DNA of 64,000 nt from Octopus sinensis (taxonomy: Eukaryota), in the NCBI RefSeq assembly GCF_006345805.1, contig NW_021835991.1:434001-498000 (forward strand). The letters run 5' to 3'. A program made the position numbers and the translations under genes. Of the stretch, positions 37,501 to 51,109 are shown piece after piece; position 1 is the first letter of the stretch; every line of letters begins with the position of its first letter. The notes under the pieces are model-generated. The model had not been told where the DNA came from, made no database searches, and was given only the letters and a program-made list of their open reading frames with translations.

Positions 37501-38407
37501 AGCACAAAAAATACGAGAATTGGAGGGCGTGTTCGAATCAAAAAGAATACTTATCGCTGAACTAGAACAGGCCTCCAAAACTGTCTCCGATCAAAAGTCA
37601 CAATTGGAGTCTTTAGAGAATGAATTGGAGACATTGCGTCAAACCAAGGACTTTCTAGGAGGAGACATTGAGATTAAGAATGCTGAAGTATTTCCCGATA
37701 TTCGATAATTTTAGATTCAAAATCTTAGAGACGGGCTGTCAACTACAAGGGCGGATTTTGAAAATTTAAAAATTTGTAACAAAAATCTGAAAGAACAAGT
37801 ATTTTGTAAAAATTAAAAAAGTGCGAACGGTCAAAAGATCAAGTTGAATTACTTTCACGGCAAAATCGATCCACTGCTGATCAACTTGAGTCGAGTGTAG
37901 CTGATTATGTTAAAGCTCAACACATAATTTCCCGCCATTTGAATGAATTATACACGTGTCGGTAATGAATTGAATAGTCTAATTAATGGCAGTGAAGAAG
38001 TAGAACTTGCAAGGGACGAGTCACGTGGATTACGTGTTCTCAATGAAGAATTGAGGTCGTCTGAGTTGAAAATTAAGCAAAAAAATTATAAACTTGAAAA
38101 GGAGCTTAAAATATTGAAAAAATTATTTACTTCAACAGAACAAGATAGAACTGTGATTGAGAACCCTCAAAACTCAAGAAAAAATAGGGCAAAAATGTTA
38201 AATCCTGAATTGAATAAAACCACGTGTTTGGATCAGATTAGAGTGATGCGAAATAATGATGGCGAGGAATTGAAGACCATCGTTGATATTCCGTTACAAA
38301 ATGAAGACGAATCTTTGGTATTTATTTGTTTTTAATTATTGATTTAGATTCAATATTGGAAGGATAGGTCAGTAGATTTGAATAAAAAGCTATCAAAATT
38401 GGAGTGA
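34564..38407 (+). CDS. Long coiled-coil protein, duplicate of 6769-10616
   Basis: Same exons; two 1-nt homopolymer shortfalls at 34698-34708 that are intact in copy A. Confidence 0.7.
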
Positions 38408-38987
38408 TTCTTTATAATTTATTTTAAATAAATGATTTTTTATTGGGATTATATTGAGATAGATCAGGGATCGGAAATCTATGGGGCTTCAGTTTCCATA
38501 TTTTGTCTCTCAGTTGTCATGATGAAAAATATGGAATGATTTCTTTCTTTTTCTTTAATGAATTCACTTGGTTGTACAATTTTCCGGTGTGTTTGTTGAT
38601 CCGATTAAAATAATTTTGTAATTAACTTCTTTAAATAGACACCACATCACAAATGATCACGACGCTTAAAATTGCGTCTCCAATAGAACAAACAGAATTT
38701 GTTGATTATAGTATCGTTGAGATGGATGAGGACCTATCTATGAAGAAAAAACTCTGGATGATTATTTTTATTAATTTTTTTAATAATTCTAGAATTTCTT
38801 AACTCTTTTATAATTTTAAAACTTTAAATAAATTTCAATTAATGGTAAACAATTAGAGGTTCAAAACTTCTATTGCTCGCAAAATTCTGCATCTCGCCAG
38901 ATTTCATTAAAAAAGTGCACATTTCCTAAAACTAAGTCGTATGATAAAATCGATTATATTACATCATAAAAGTTGAATTACAAAAAA

Positions 38988-39363
38988 TCATTTAAATTTT
39001 AGATTATTTTGATAGAATTCAATAACAAGCTGTGGATTCGAAATCTTGAATTCAGATGCAGGGACCAGTGTGCGCTGATCTGATCCTTTCCTGGGAAACA
39101 TTATCTTTAATTGCACAACCATGCAACAAGGAACAACAATTCTCCTGTAAACATCGTGGCACCAATAATTTTTTTAGGTCTATTTTTTGGTTGGATGCTA
39201 TTTTGATCATTTAAATTAATTTTCTTTGAGCTAGGTAGTTCACTAGAAATTATGTAAATTGTAAATTACATTATTTTTTTGGTCAAGGATTTTTTCTTAT
39301 TTTGGCCATTCTTGATTTGAATTGAATTTTCTATAGAATTTTTCAAATAATAAAGCAACCCAT
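38988..39363 (-). CDS. HP1-family chromo-shadow-domain-only protein, duplicate (~96 aa)
   Basis: Same three introns, open frame, in-frame 9-bp deletion in the N-terminal part, CSD identical to copy A. Confidence 0.85.
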
Positions 39364-39477
39364 TACAACAAAAATGTGATTTTGTCCTTTTATTACTTAA
39401 TTTTTTATGGGTAAAAATAAAATCGTAATTATTTTAATAATAAACTAAATTTATTAATATACAATTAAAATGATTTT

Positions 39478-41798
39478 AAAATTCGAATCCTCTCATGATG
39501 TGGACATTGCCTTAATACAGGAAACCGGCCTGACATCGACACGTTCTACCCCTAGATTCAAGAGATTCTCAACCGTTCGTATGGACCGCCCTAATGGACT
39601 GAATTGAGGAGGTCTTATCACCCTCATCCGTGACAACATTCCCTTCACTAACACTACCAATTCTATACGTTCCACATTTTTCCCAACGCCCACTTGGAGT
39701 TCGTCACAGTACTAATAACAATTAATTTCTTATTCTTAAAAAATATGAAAATCCAGACAATCCAATAGACAATCCCATTAAAATCAAACTAAATTAATAA
39801 ATAATGAAAAAATAATTAAAATATATTTGTTTATACGTCGAGATGTACATTCCTCCTCCTACAAATTGTTCGAAGGGCTACATTCCAGACCTCTCCTGTC
39901 TTGCCATTGAAGAACACATTGTGTGCACCTCTCGGACATTCCTGATCGGTTCCTTAAGACCCTCCTTCTGATCACAACCCCGTAATTTTAGAGATAAAAA
40001 ATACTTCCAAAGTCCTATTACCAAAAGGACATTTATCAACTACAAACGCGGAGTGGAGTCGAAATTCCAACAAGAAACTGATCAGTATCTCTCAAACTTC
40101 TCAGTCCTAAATTTTAAATAAAAAACTTCAACAATTGCATAATCTCTGCAGACCGAAAATACATTCCCAAAGGATTCATCCGTGGGGCAAAACCACTTTT
40201 TACAAAGGAGATCATTGACCTCATAAAAGAGAGACGGGGAATAAAGAGGAATGGCGTCTGGGACTCCAACTCGGGCTCCTGATTATCAAGTATTAACGGG
40301 ATAATCACTGACCACATTCTACAAAACAAAAGAGCCAGGTGGAAAGAGTTTGTATACACTGGATCATCGTACCGATTCAATTGAATTTTGGATTGAAATC
40401 TATTTTTTCCGGACAGACCTTACACATTTCCATTCACGAATTTGGGATAAATAAACGTCTCCGCTCGAAGTCATTCCGAGAACAAGGGGATGACATTATG
40501 TCCCACTACAGCCCTACCTGTCAGATCAACATGGACAGATCAAATCGTGTACGCACATTAAATCCCCCTCCGTCACCAAACGTCTCTCAGATCATGATAG
40601 ACTGGTTGGACATACGTGCCCTAATCTTAATGCTAAGAATTCGCCGGCGAAACCCCTTGACGGAATATGCATTTATCATCTAAAAAACCTTGGGCCGAAT
40701 GGTCTTCTAACCATCACGGACATTTTTCAAATTTCATTGAATGTTGGATATGTCCCCATGTTATGGAAACAATCAACTATAATTCCAAAACTCAAGTCGA
40801 AAAGGATCCTCGGGACCCAGTTTCTTTCCGTCCATCTCCCTGCTTTATGTCGCTTCGAAAGTCTTGGAGAGATTCATTTTTAAACACACATCAACCTGTC
40901 TAGATCCCAACATGGTTTCCGCCCATCTCACTCCACCTCTATTCATCTAACAAAACTAACGGACTTTATTGCGGATGGTTTTAACAACAAACCAGCACTT
41001 TTCACTATTCTGGATTCGATTGACATCTCCAAAGCTTCGGAATGTCCTCCGTGCAGTGTCCGGATCCTCCTTCGGTCAAGACTAAGAAACGCTAAGAATA
41101 ATCTACAAATAATATGTCAGGACCTCCCTTAACTACGCTAGCCCCGCTTGGGGCTCTTCTCTTTCATCCAGTAACAATCAAAAACTTCAAAGGATCTAAA
41201 ATGGTGCTCTCTAAACAATTACTAGATGCATGCTATTCACTCCTTCCGACCATCTCCAATGGGAAACCACCATTCTCCCTGTGGAAGATCACCTTCGCAT
41301 GCGGAACCTGCAATTCCTCAGTACAGCCATGAATCAGACTACCTATGTCATTTCCTCTCTCATACAAAAAACAGCCGTATGATAGTACCTACCATTGCAA
41401 ATCTAACCAGTGAACTGTCTAAAATTTCTGAGCCTTCCTCCGAGAAATCGAGGACAAAGCAGATACACGACCATGTCTCCATTAAGACTATTCGAAAACT
41501 TGCCTGGAATAAATTACTAGACGACTCCTTTCCTCTGGTGAACGACTCGGAGTCTTAGCTGGACAGAGAAACGAGAACATCTTTGGCACAACTTCGTTCT
41601 GGACATTTCCTCCTAATTGATGAATCTGGCTATTAGTCTCATCATCCGGGCCATCTATGCCTATTGCTTCGAGAAGCTTTCTCCGGACCGGGCCTCCGGT
41701 GGGCATTATAGACTTATGGAAGCGCCCAGCACTCGCTGCTGAGTGTCTAAGGACAGCCGGCCTCCTACAAGCTAGAGAGGTCGGAGTAACTAACTAAC
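39478..41798 (+). mobile_element. Degenerate APE-type non-LTR retrotransposon (I/Jockey group)
   Basis: DVDIALIQETG endonuclease motif; RT motifs WKQSTIIP, QHGFRPSHST and DISKA, then a deletion; post-RT YVRTSLNYASPAWG; AQLRSGH; (TAAC)3 tail. Confidence 0.8.
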
Positions 41799-42049
41799 TT
41801 ACCTTGCAGGATTTCGAGAAAAATATTTTTGTAAGCACTAGGTCTCACGAGTTTGTAAATATCAGCGAGAATCTTTGCTTATAGCGTCTATTAAGGTCAC
41901 TGTTTAGCAGTGTTATTTGATTTAAATCATTTGATTTTAATCAACAAAAAATCAATGATTTGCTGCTGATTAAACCAATTGCTGTCGTTGTAGACAAAAT
42001 GCAAAATGATTTTACGAAGATTAGTCATTTTGTAGAAAACTTGAACAGA

Positions 42050-43110
42050 CTTACATGGATTATGAATGTACGGCTATTTTAGAAAAAATGAAAACCTGAG
42101 CTGATCAAGTATTAACAGATTTCTTACTGGCAAATCTAATGGACCCAGCATGTTTTGAGAAGTCTCTTTCAACTGCAGAGATTGACCTCGCTTTGGAGTA
42201 TTGTCTGAATATTATGAATATGCTCTCCCGAATCTGATTAATTTCAGAGCTGAGCCATTTAAGCAATACAATATTCTAATAAAACTTGATGGTCATTAAT
42301 CATTAGCCACTCACCACTCTGGACGTTGCCTATTCATAAGTACAATTATTTCCATTAAGATGCTCAATTGCAAAATATGAAGATATTAAATTTATAAAGA
42401 ATGAATAAAACTATTAACAAACTTATGATACTTTTATTGAAATGGATAAATTGAAAAACCATCGACTTTGTCAGATTCATTTTTACAAATTGTAAAAAGT
42501 GTCAACCTTTACTCATAGTAGTTCTTTAAAATGTTTTTTCAATAATCGTTTTTCGGGCTCCGTAATTAGAAGTAAAATAATCATTGTTAATACACATATT
42601 GTCATATTTAGAATGTCATTATAATTCATCATTTTGTTAATATAAATTTGTCAATTCTAAATCATCCAGCAAATATGATAAGTGAATATTGTGATCTCCA
42701 TTATGTTGTTTATTAAATAAACATTCTTTCGCTTTTTTAATAAGCAAAAAATCTCCTTTTAAAGAAATCCATACTTGAATAACATTTGACAGTTTGTAGC
42801 ATAATAAGAAACAGATTTGAGTCAGCTCCCTAATCTCGCAGCTATTGGTTCTTGCGGGTACCCAATTTCTTTGAACAATTGTCTTCGATAATTGTTCTTT
42901 ATAGCAAATGCTTGTAAAATTTCCACTATATTGTGGCAAGTAAACTCTGAAGGAGGTGGATGCCCAATAAATTCGAATAAGTGATAAATGCTCTTTTTCT
43001 CAATTTATAGAGTGGAATGTTTTCTGATACAAATGCTTCCGTTACGTCTGACGCAAAATTTCAGAAAAATAATTTTTCAGAACAATAGTCAATTGTCTTG
43101 TATTTGTGGA
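42050..43110 (-). mobile_element. CGGBP1-related hAT-like remnant (second copy)
   Basis: Homologous to 13430-14438; 5' part deleted. Confidence 0.55.
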
Positions 43111-44363
43111 TATTAAATTGTTGCTGATTTAGTTTAAAAAGATATCAACTTGATCTATTTTATCTTAGAAAGTTAAAGTTCAACCTAACTTTATGCAAAA
43201 AAATTTCAGTCAATTCGTTTTAAACTGGATCAACTTCAGCTGACCTCTTTAACTGTCACACAGCTGAGACTGACTCAAAGCTCTCCAAATTCAAGGGACA
43301 AGATTGCTCCTGAACGACAAATATTTATGTATTGGTATTAGTTTACGCATAGGTATGGATATCTACCAGCCCCACACCTGCAGGTAGGGGAGCACAATTT
43401 TTTCGAACGGTTTGCATACCCTATCTTATAGAAAGAGTGCTGGTGAGTATTCCTCGCCACACACAAGTGAATAAGGTCGTTAAATGAGCTGATGCCCAGG
43501 TCGAGTAAAAGAAAAGGATAAAGTAAAAAAGACAATTCTGAAACTTTCGAGTTCGACCCCTTGCTTCCGAAACTTTTGGAATAGTCGACAAGATGATGAC
43601 TCAGCTGCTATCGTTTGGAGGATCGAAGATTTTGTCGAAAACAAATGACCGGAGAGAGACGAACTAGCTTTTCCAGCAAGTCTCGGTGTGCTCGCCGAAA
43701 ATACCATTCCATACGCACTGCGGAGTCAAATAGCTTAGTCTTCGGGCCCCGAAAGACTTTAAAGTGCAGTTGGTTGATTTACTTTCAATTTTTTTAAAGC
43801 TTTATTTTTCGCTACTAAAAAAAACCTAAGTTACTAATCTACTAAATCAATTTAAACAATTTTTAGATAAAGAAACTTTATCGCTTTAAAATGTAAATAC
43901 TGAGTTGAAAAAGTAGTAATCAATTGTCAACAACCGGCAGTCAGTATTGCAGTCGTGATAACTGCAATTTCATTAGTATACCAATTAGTATGCATGGATT
44001 GGAACAAAAATAAAAATGCACAAGAGCACACGAAAAAAAATATGCCGTAGGACAGCCCGACTGGAACCGACCTCACCCGATAGCGATCCAAAGTGCAATG
44101 GATGACTAAAGGATGGAATGCCTGCCTAAGTGATAACAGGCATCCACGACCAGGTAAGTGGATTTTTGAAATGGCACTCTCTAAATGTATTTAAAAAATC
44201 ATTTAAATTATGTTCAATATTTCCACCGGATGAATTATTTTTATTCAATTAGAAAATTAATTTTGAAATAAGTTCTTTTTTAAATTTTAGAAAAAAACCA
44301 TTACAAATTTATTTAATACTTTATTATTTTTATGTTACATAAATATCAAATACGAAACAAACA

Positions 44364-45589
44364 AGTGGACAACTATCTATCCCCGAGTCATAGTGGATTT
44401 AGGACAGGAAGATCCACCGCCGATGCTGTCTGGGCCCACAAGTGGTACTGCGCTATCACCCAGAGATACAAAAGTGCAACAACAGTCCTGGGAATAGACC
44501 TGTCTAGGGCCTTTGACACGGTACGCCGTGGTCTACTCCTCAAAATACTGGAACAATTCCTGGACCCTGACTCTGTCAATATGATAAGAGTACTACTATC
44601 GAACACAAAGCTCAAGGTGCGGGTCGGCACGGCGTTTTCCCGTGAATTCACGTGCAACGTCGGTACCCCTCAGGGAGACGCCCTCTCGCCGTTGCTATTC
44701 GTGATCTATCTGGAGACGGCACTACGAGACCTTCGAAAATTCTATGCTGGCAATATCGTCGAAATTGTATATGCAGATGACGTCGACTTCGTGTCAGACG
44801 ACAAATCGGCCTTACTTCGACTCCTTGAAGTGGCACCTGCTGAGCTGAACAGATGGTTCCTTAAAATGAACGTTGGAAAAACCGACATCGTTGAAATCAT
44901 GAGGATGGAGAGCAGCTCAAGTGAAGCCTGGCGCAAAACGAACAAACTTGGTTCTCTACTTGGGGACGGCCATGATATTGTCAGAAGAAAGGCTCTCGCT
45001 TGGGCCACGATGAACAAGATAAAGAAAGAGTGGATCGGCAAACGACGACTCTGTACGTCACTTCGTCTGAGGATGTATGAAGCCTTTGTCAAACCAATCC
45101 TGACATATAATTCGGCGACCTGGGGAATGTCTAGTACTGAACAACGTGGACTCGATTCTTTTCACCGCAGGCAACTTAGATCCCTACTGGGATTGAACTG
45201 GCCTATAAGAATCAACCAGGAATCGCTATACAATAGATGCAGAACTGGCCCTCTGAGTGTGGAAATCGTCAATATGCGGTGGAGGTTATTTGGCCATATT
45301 CTACGAATGGACATGCTTGCCCCAGCTAACATAGCAATGGAGGGCTACTTCCTGAAAGAGGGATCGAGCTTCCGTGGACGTCCACGTGTTACGCTGCCGG
45401 AAACACTTGACGGAGACCTGAAATGTGTGAAGAAAAGGCTAAGGAGTGGTGAGGATCTGGACGAGCTGAGGAAACTCGCTCACGACAGAGGAGGTTGGAG
45501 GAGGCTGGTTCAAAGGATTGTTTTTAATGCTGCACGAGTAAAATTATAACTAATATGATTCTACGTATGTTGCAAATAATAATAATAAT
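44364..45589 (+). mobile_element. 5'-truncated RTE-clade LINE with intact RT ORF
   Basis: GFRTGRST, IDLSRAFD, GTPQGDALSPLLF, YADD, DRGGWRRLV; (AAT)5 tail; 9-bp TSD AAACAAACA; empty site at ~16700. Confidence 0.95.
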
Positions 45590-45670
45590 AAACAAACAGT
45601 TGATGATATAGAATACAGCTGACCGTTAATGCTACTTTAAAAAACAAAAAGTTTTTTTAGAATGGATATA

Positions 45671-46880
45671 CACTCAACCCTCTCAAATTGGCCATTTTTG
45701 GTTCCTTCAATATTGTTGGCCAATTTGAGAAATGGCCAATTAGCAAATAAAACTAGTGTCTGTGATGGAGACTCGCTAGAGAGAATACTAAATAACTCAC
45801 TTGATAGGTTTGGATAAATTATTCTATATGTATATTTAAATATTTCGAATTATTAGAGATCTTTATAGCTGTGATAACTTTCGTTACGTGAATGTAGATG
45901 CTTTTGCACGTCTAGTCGCATTAACACATCAGTACAAATCTTATTCTAACATTAAAGTTACATGCAATCAAATACCATTTTTATTCGCCAAAAATCAGTC
46001 GTCGCCTCAACCTTAAATATTTTAAATTACTGACTGTGTAGTTTTTTTAAAGACCAGAAAATGTGCATGTTCACAAATGGGTCCTAACCCACAATGTATA
46101 CTTTTTTATTCTCATATAAGAATTACAACAGTGACGAAAAAACTAAATATCTTATTAGCCGACAACAGTGTGAAAATAAAAGTATCTCAAATGCAACCTC
46201 TGTGACCACCCTATCCCAAATAATATAATCTGCACAAGTGAATGTAACTGAAAAAATATTTTGACGGTACTCAATAACTAACCTAATTATTCTGATATTT
46301 CTTGTTTTCACTTTTCTTTATTATTACATTCACTAGTCAGAATTAAATCCAAACTTGCACAATTTTTTATTGATTTAATTAAAAGAAAAACCAAATTTTA
46401 ACAAAAACCAGTCCCAAAATTAGTTACAGATATGTATTTTGATGTCTGGGTCAAATGAAGAATAGTAAATCTCTTTATAAGGATTATTCACCAGTTTAAA
46501 ATCATCCATAATAAAAATAGACTTGATTAATGACATTCTGATTGTTTGTAACAACCTTCACAGTAACCTCACACAACTTGAAAATTGCTTCTTCAAAATG
46601 GATACGCTAAATTTTGAGGATTGCGATCAAACCGAATAACTTTCTTCTTTTTACGGAATAATTCCAGAATCAGAAAGTTTTCTAGAATGTATTATCAATA
46701 ATTTAACTTGTCTGCGAAAATTAATAAAATTAAAATTTATTAAAAAAATTTTGAAAAATAAAAATTATGCTACTAAAAAAATTAAAATTTGTGGCCAATT
46801 TGAAAATTTATTATTTTGTAGAGTTTTTCAATTTTCCAGAAATAAATTGTCAAAAATGGCCAATTTGAGAGGGTTGAGTG
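45671..46880. mobile_element. Non-autonomous Tc1/mariner (pogo-like) element, second copy
   Basis: Same TIRs and TA flanks as 16781-17989. Confidence 0.85.
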
Positions 46881-48228
46881 TAACTTTATTATTAATGCGT
46901 CCACTTTCAGTTGATTTTCCTCTTCCTTGAACCACAACCGATCTCTTTAAAGGTCCCATTCATTTATCTCACAGGGTTTGGTTCTTCTGTGGTCATTCTC
47001 AAGTTTGACTCGATGGCCTCACATGGAAATGCTTTCTCCGTTGATTCATTTGTAAACCGAGACTTTTTCCATTCTTTTAAATTAATGCTCTACACGCATA
47101 GTCTACAAAGTTTTTCATAAATGAATGCAAGCTTGTGTGGGTCCTTCGAGATTGATTGAATAGCAGTGATGTTCATAGAATTTTCACACAACACCGTTTC
47201 ATATTTGTACCAATAATACGTAGTTGCCTTGGCATTGTAGATTACTCTCAGTTCATTAGCAAGCATGTCGAATTTATAAGCTTTTCTGACAAGATTTTCA
47301 TTAAAATGATTTTCTTAACCTTCACTCAATCATATCATATCTTCACCCTAATTCCTGCCATATCCTAACCTCAACCACTTACTAATCCAAACCATATACT
47401 AGTCCTAACCACTTCCAAACTTTACCCCTAATTTTAACCGTAATTCTATCTATTAAGCTGTATTAAAATATCAGAGATTTAACCTCATTTTGTAGTTTAT
47501 TTAACCATACAAATCATTGTAAACATATACATATTTTGTAATTATTAAAAAAGTAAACACAGCATGTTAAAAGTTAAAAAAAAGAATTGTTAGCCCGAAA
47601 TTATTTTACGAGCCTATGTTTAGTTCAGGTGTAATCAGGTCTTGACAGTTGAAATTTATGGCTATTATATATAAATAATGTTTGGGATAATCGAAAAATT
47701 TTATTTGCACGTTTACAAGGTCAAAAAATGTAACAAGCTGCCCATGTCACATGAACACTTGTTTGCGGCTAGATAAATTCGAGTTTATAATTAACATTTT
47801 ATCAAATAATCGTGTCAAAATAAAGCAAGCATTCTTATTTATTAGTTACGCAGGTAAATTAGAGTTTCAAAGTACAATGTAACCGGTTGCCTATCCGTAT
47901 TCGTCTGCCCATATTATATAATAAATTCTTGAAATAACTCAAAGCAGTAAAACATTGAGGGCAGTTTGGTTAAATTAGCTTTTTTATATCAAGAGAACTG
48001 AGTAAGGAATTCTGTAGTATTGCAAAATCGAATTTATACTTAGAATATATTCTTTTTTATTTTTATTCTTCTCAGCATTCTTTGACGAACTATAACATTT
48101 AGTAATTTTTGAGAATGTTAATGATGAGATGTCATTTTTTTGACAATGATTTAAAAATATTAATCACTTGACATTTGTTAAAATCGGGAATTAATTGGCG
48201 AAAATTTGATTTTTCAGATTATCTAGGG

Positions 48229-48674
48229 CAGGATTCGGAAAATACTTTCGGAAAAGTGCCATTTTTGAACATTTTTGGAAATTTCGAAAAATTGAAGAGC
48301 CTTTTTTTACCATTTGTCCAAATCAAAAATTCAAATTCATAAAATTAATTAGACATTCATTTAAAAAAATAAAATTAATTAGACTCATTAATGGAAAATG
48401 TGATTCCTTATTTCTTTGGTGAGTTATCAATTATTAATAAAGAAAAAATTAACAAAAAAAATTAAAAATGAAAGAGCCATTTTTAACCGAAGCTTGAGAT
48501 ACATGCTATTTCGTATGAGCAAAATTTACGACTAAATATGTAAACTTTTAAATAATTTTACAAAAATCATATATAAAAACAAATAAATAGTTATAAAAAT
48601 AATAAAATTGAAAGAGCCTACTTAAGACTTAAAGAGCCAACAAAAGCTTGCGAGCCCACTTTTGCCGACCCCTG
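48229..48674. mobile_element. hAT MITE
   Basis: TIR CAGG(G/A)(G/T)TCGG.AAA / TTTTGCCGACCCCTG, 8-bp TSD ATCTAGGG, repeated AAGAGCC internal motifs. Confidence 0.85.
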
Positions 48675-48742
48675 ATCTAGGGGATTTAATATTTTGTTTT
48701 GGTTGGATTAACGAGACAAGCGAATGTTAATAAAAGTTAATA

Positions 48743-50094
48743 TTAGTCGGCCAATTGGCAAAATAGAGCTGCCCCTCGCTGTATCCAGTGACTGTCCTTT
48801 TGGTCAGTGGGAAGGTTGACTGCCACAATAAAGTTAGTAGAATGACCTATCGTTCTAGAATAAATATAAACCAGTAGTTGAGAGGACTCCTGACCTCTGC
48901 GTGGTTTTATAGAGAGGGGCTATGTAATCGTGGCTTGGAGGAGTGAAATTCTGTGTGGGTAAGACGTGGATGACAGGCATAATGGAGGACATTTCCCTGT
49001 AGTTCATCTCGTCCATTTGACCCTGGTCACTCCATCGGAAGCCTTGGGTGTAAAGTCCGTGAATGAGAGCGCCGTCTTCAATGTCTTGAATCTATGGAGT
49101 AGTGACTAAGACTAACTTGAGTATCGACTGACAATGGTTGGCCAAATTTGCGAGTCCTGATCTCTTCTGCGAGGTTTGATTGGTGGATGTATTGGGGAAG
49201 AGGTTGGAAACTAAAGGAAAGAGTGTCAATGGGGAGTTGATATTTGCGGGAATAGTTCTGTAACACGGCAGTGAGGAAGCTTGATAGAGTGAGTTGTGTC
49301 AACCTTGGGGGAAGAACAAGGCAGGTATCCAAAAAAATTTAGGAGTGCCATTTTTAATCCAAAAATTGAAGAATTCACATCGCATTGTAAGATCGAGAAT
49401 CCAGGAAGAGAGAGAGTGAAGGGAAGGGTAAGCGACCCTCTCCCATATTGAGGGGACCTGTTTCATGAAGGACTGATAATTGCCTGGTTTTTCAATAGAG
49501 AATTGTAGCACATTTCCAAGTCTTCAGTGAGGACTTGGAATCCTTGGATTGCTCTCTGCAAGTGATTGAGGGACTTCTGAAAATGATGAGATCATCAGAC
49601 CTGAATAGTTTCCAGCAGATAAGCCATTTTTTCTATTTCTTGTGATAAGAAAATAGCGAGGGAATTGCTCTTGGTCTATTGGATGAGTGGATTGGTCAAC
49701 CAATGTGTATTCTGCTAGTTTTAGGGGCAATTGTTGTTGAATTGAGTTGATTAATTCCTCTACGATCTCGTCACTAGTTTGCCCAGTTCCTTTGACCGCG
49801 ATGTGTGGTTTAATGTTCCTGATGGTCTCTAGCAAGTCAGAGGATTGTGACAACTATCGACTGAGGGTGAAAACATACTTGGAATGATATATTTGCATTT
49901 TCGTGCATCCCGAATATATTAGGTGAATCTTGCAAAGGCAGTCCGTCTAGAAAATGTTTGTTCTCTTTAAAAATAGGGTCATATTGCCCATTAATGTTCG
50001 TATCTTCGAGAATTTGTTGGTTGATAAATCGGTCGAGAATAACTCCCAGACAGCGCAGATCCCATTGATCAGTGACTCTCCCCCCATAAGTAAT
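48743..50094 (-). pseudogene. DNAH6: Detached duplicate of the dynein heavy chain 3' exons
   Basis: ITYGGRVTDQWDLRCL through ALFCQLAD*. Begins at a retained acceptor (CACTAG); one acceptor is altered CAG to CAA at 49281. Confidence 0.85.
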
Positions 50095-50098
50095 CTAG

Positions 50099-50854
50099 TG
50101 TCCTCCGTGCAGTGTCCGGATCCTCCTTCGGTCAAGACTAAGAAACGCTAAGAATAATCTACAAATAATATGTCAGGACCTCCCTTAACTACGCTAGCCC
50201 CGCTTGGGGCTCTTCTCTTTCATCCAGTAACAATCAAAAACTTCAAAGGATTCAAAATGGTGCTCTCTAAACAATTACTAGATGCATGCTATTCACTCCT
50301 TCCGACCATCTCCAATGGGAAACCACCATTCTCCCTGTGGAAGATCACCTTCGCATGCGGAACCTGCAATTCCTCAGTACAGCCATGAATCAGACTACCT
50401 ATGTCATTTCCTCTCTCATACAAAAAACAGCCGTATGATAGTACCTACCATTGCAAATCTAACCAGTGAACTGTCTAAAATTTCTGAGCCTTCCTCCGAG
50501 AAATCGAGGACAAAGCAGATACACGACCATGTCTCCATTAAGACTATTCGAAAACTTGCCTGGAATAAATTACTAGACGACTCCTTTCCTCTGGTGAACG
50601 ACTCGGAGTCTTAGCTGGACAGAGAAACGAGAACATCTTTGGCACAACTTCGTTCTGGACATTTCCTCCTAATTGATGAATCTGGCTATTAGTCTCATCA
50701 TCCGGGCCATCTATGCCTATTGCTTCGAGAAGCTTTCTCCGGACCGGGCCTCCGGTGGGCATTATAGACTTATGGAAGCGCCCAGCACTCGCTGCTGAGT
50801 GTCTAAGGACAGCCGGCCTCCTACAAGCTAGAGAGGTCGGAGTAACTAACTAAC
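50099..50854 (+). mobile_element. 3' fragment of the I/Jockey-group LINE (third copy)
   Basis: Near-identical to 41043-41798; (TAAC)3 tail. Confidence 0.8.
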
Positions 50855-51109
50855 TTACCTTGCAGGATTTCGAGAAAAATATTTTTGTAAGCACTAGGTC
50901 TCACGAGTTTGTAAATATCAGCGAGAATCTTTGCTTATAGCGTCTATTAAGGTCACTGTTTAGCAGTGTTATTTGATTTAAATCATTTGATTTTAATCAA
51001 CAAAAAATCAATGATTTGCTGCTGATTAAACCAATTGCTGTCGTTGTAGACAAAATGCAAAATGATTTTACGAAGATTAGTCATTTTGTAGAAAACTTGA
51101 ACAGACTTA

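Larger units (their letters stand above)
27661..47913. repeat. Segmental duplication, copy B
   Basis: Colinear with 1522-19038. Gains a Buster hAT and an RTE; lacks the equivalent of ~14440-15405. Confidence 0.95.
41043..50100. repeat. Tandem duplication (~9 kb), unit 1
   Basis: Colinear with 50099-59053; 2-bp TG microhomology at the junction 50099-50100. Confidence 0.95.

Noticed and set aside
44388-45092. Antisense ORFs over the RT gene and over dynein
   Set aside because: Shadow frames of GC-richer coding sequence with no motifs.
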